From an uncultured Gammaproteobacteria bacterium (GTDB lineage: Bacteria > Pseudomonadota > Gammaproteobacteria > JAURND01), in NCBI GenBank assembly GCA_963714975.1, contig CAVQQD010000002.1:320001-384000 (forward strand): 64,000 bases of DNA. Reading direction: 5' to 3'. Shown in pieces: positions 63,520-64,000 of this stretch (the first letter of the stretch is position 1; each line of letters starts with the position of its first letter). The notes beneath the pieces are model-generated. The model was not told the origin of the DNA. It made no database searches and saw only the letters and a program-made list of their open reading frames with translations. Made by a program: the position numbers and the translations under genes.

Positions 63520-64000
63520 ATGTCATCACAAACTAAACTGGAAACCAAACCCAAATCACCGACCCAGCTGATTCGACCGGATGGTGCTACAACAGTATTC
63601 CTTAACATTCCCTACAGCGAGTTATCTTTTGATGATAAAAACCAGCCCTTAGGCAAAGGTGTTCATGGCAAAGTATATAAAGGAACGTGGGATTATAATC
63701 CTGTAGCTATTAAGGAATATGACACGCAAGACTTTTCTGAGAAAACCCAAAGGGAAATTCGTACAGAAGCAACTGTAATGGTGCAAGCCAGCACCCAATC
63801 CGATTATTTAGTGCGGTTAAAAGGCATGAGTTTAGAGAAACCGCATTATTGTTTAGTGATGGAGTATATGCCTGGTGGTGATTTATACCATTACCTACAC
63901 AGCGATCAGGATATTTCCTGGAACATCCGGTACCGCATTGGTTTGGATATCAGCATTGGCTTGCATCATTTACACAGTAGAAAAATTTTGCATCGTGATT
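63520..64000 (+). CDS. Eukaryotic-like Ser/Thr(/Tyr) protein kinase, runs off the window (not in the ORF track)
   Basis: AGGAG RBS, ATG at 63520; LGKGVHGKVYKG, VAIKE, CLVMEYMPGGDL, ILHRD. Confidence 0.92.
   Translation, partial: MSSQTKLETKPKSPTQLIRPDGATTVFLNIPYSELSFDDKNQPLGKGVHGKVYKGTWDYNPVAIKEYDTQDFSEKTQREIRTEATVMVQASTQSDYLVRLKGMSLEKPHYCLVMEYMPGGDLYHYLHSDQDISWNIRYRIGLDISIGLHHLHSRKILHRD

Overview
AT-rich gammaproteobacterial chromosome segment; the gene content suggests a host-associated Legionellales/Coxiellaceae-like organism (inference). Bases 1-23 kb are mostly housekeeping genes: mntH with oxalate decarboxylase, LPS/cardiolipin genes, pssA, parE-nudF-tolC-coaA, an ALDH7-type dehydrogenase, higBA and glmS. 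They are interspersed with orphan effector-like genes and several families of short palindromic repeats. The window opens inside an rpn/YhgA gene whose C-terminal antitoxin-start region is amplified five times. Bases 23-42 kb hold accessory metabolic and resistance-type genes, including an ATP-grasp ligase plus EamA pair, an acyl-CoA-ligase-like protein ending in -SKL, a GNAT-GNAT-nucleotidyltransferase fusion and a 2H phosphoesterase. Bases 42-64 kb are a decayed mobile/defence island: IS4 (x2), IS3, IS66, rhuM, AbiEi/AbiEii, an AbiF-family HEPN gene with a candidate upstream RNA antitoxin, ICE VirB4 and integrase remnants, and eukaryote-like Sel1, ankyrin and protein kinase genes. Many frameshifts may be real decay or assembly errors. 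No rRNA, tRNA or CRISPR array was seen. All calls come from motif recognition by eye; no database search was run.
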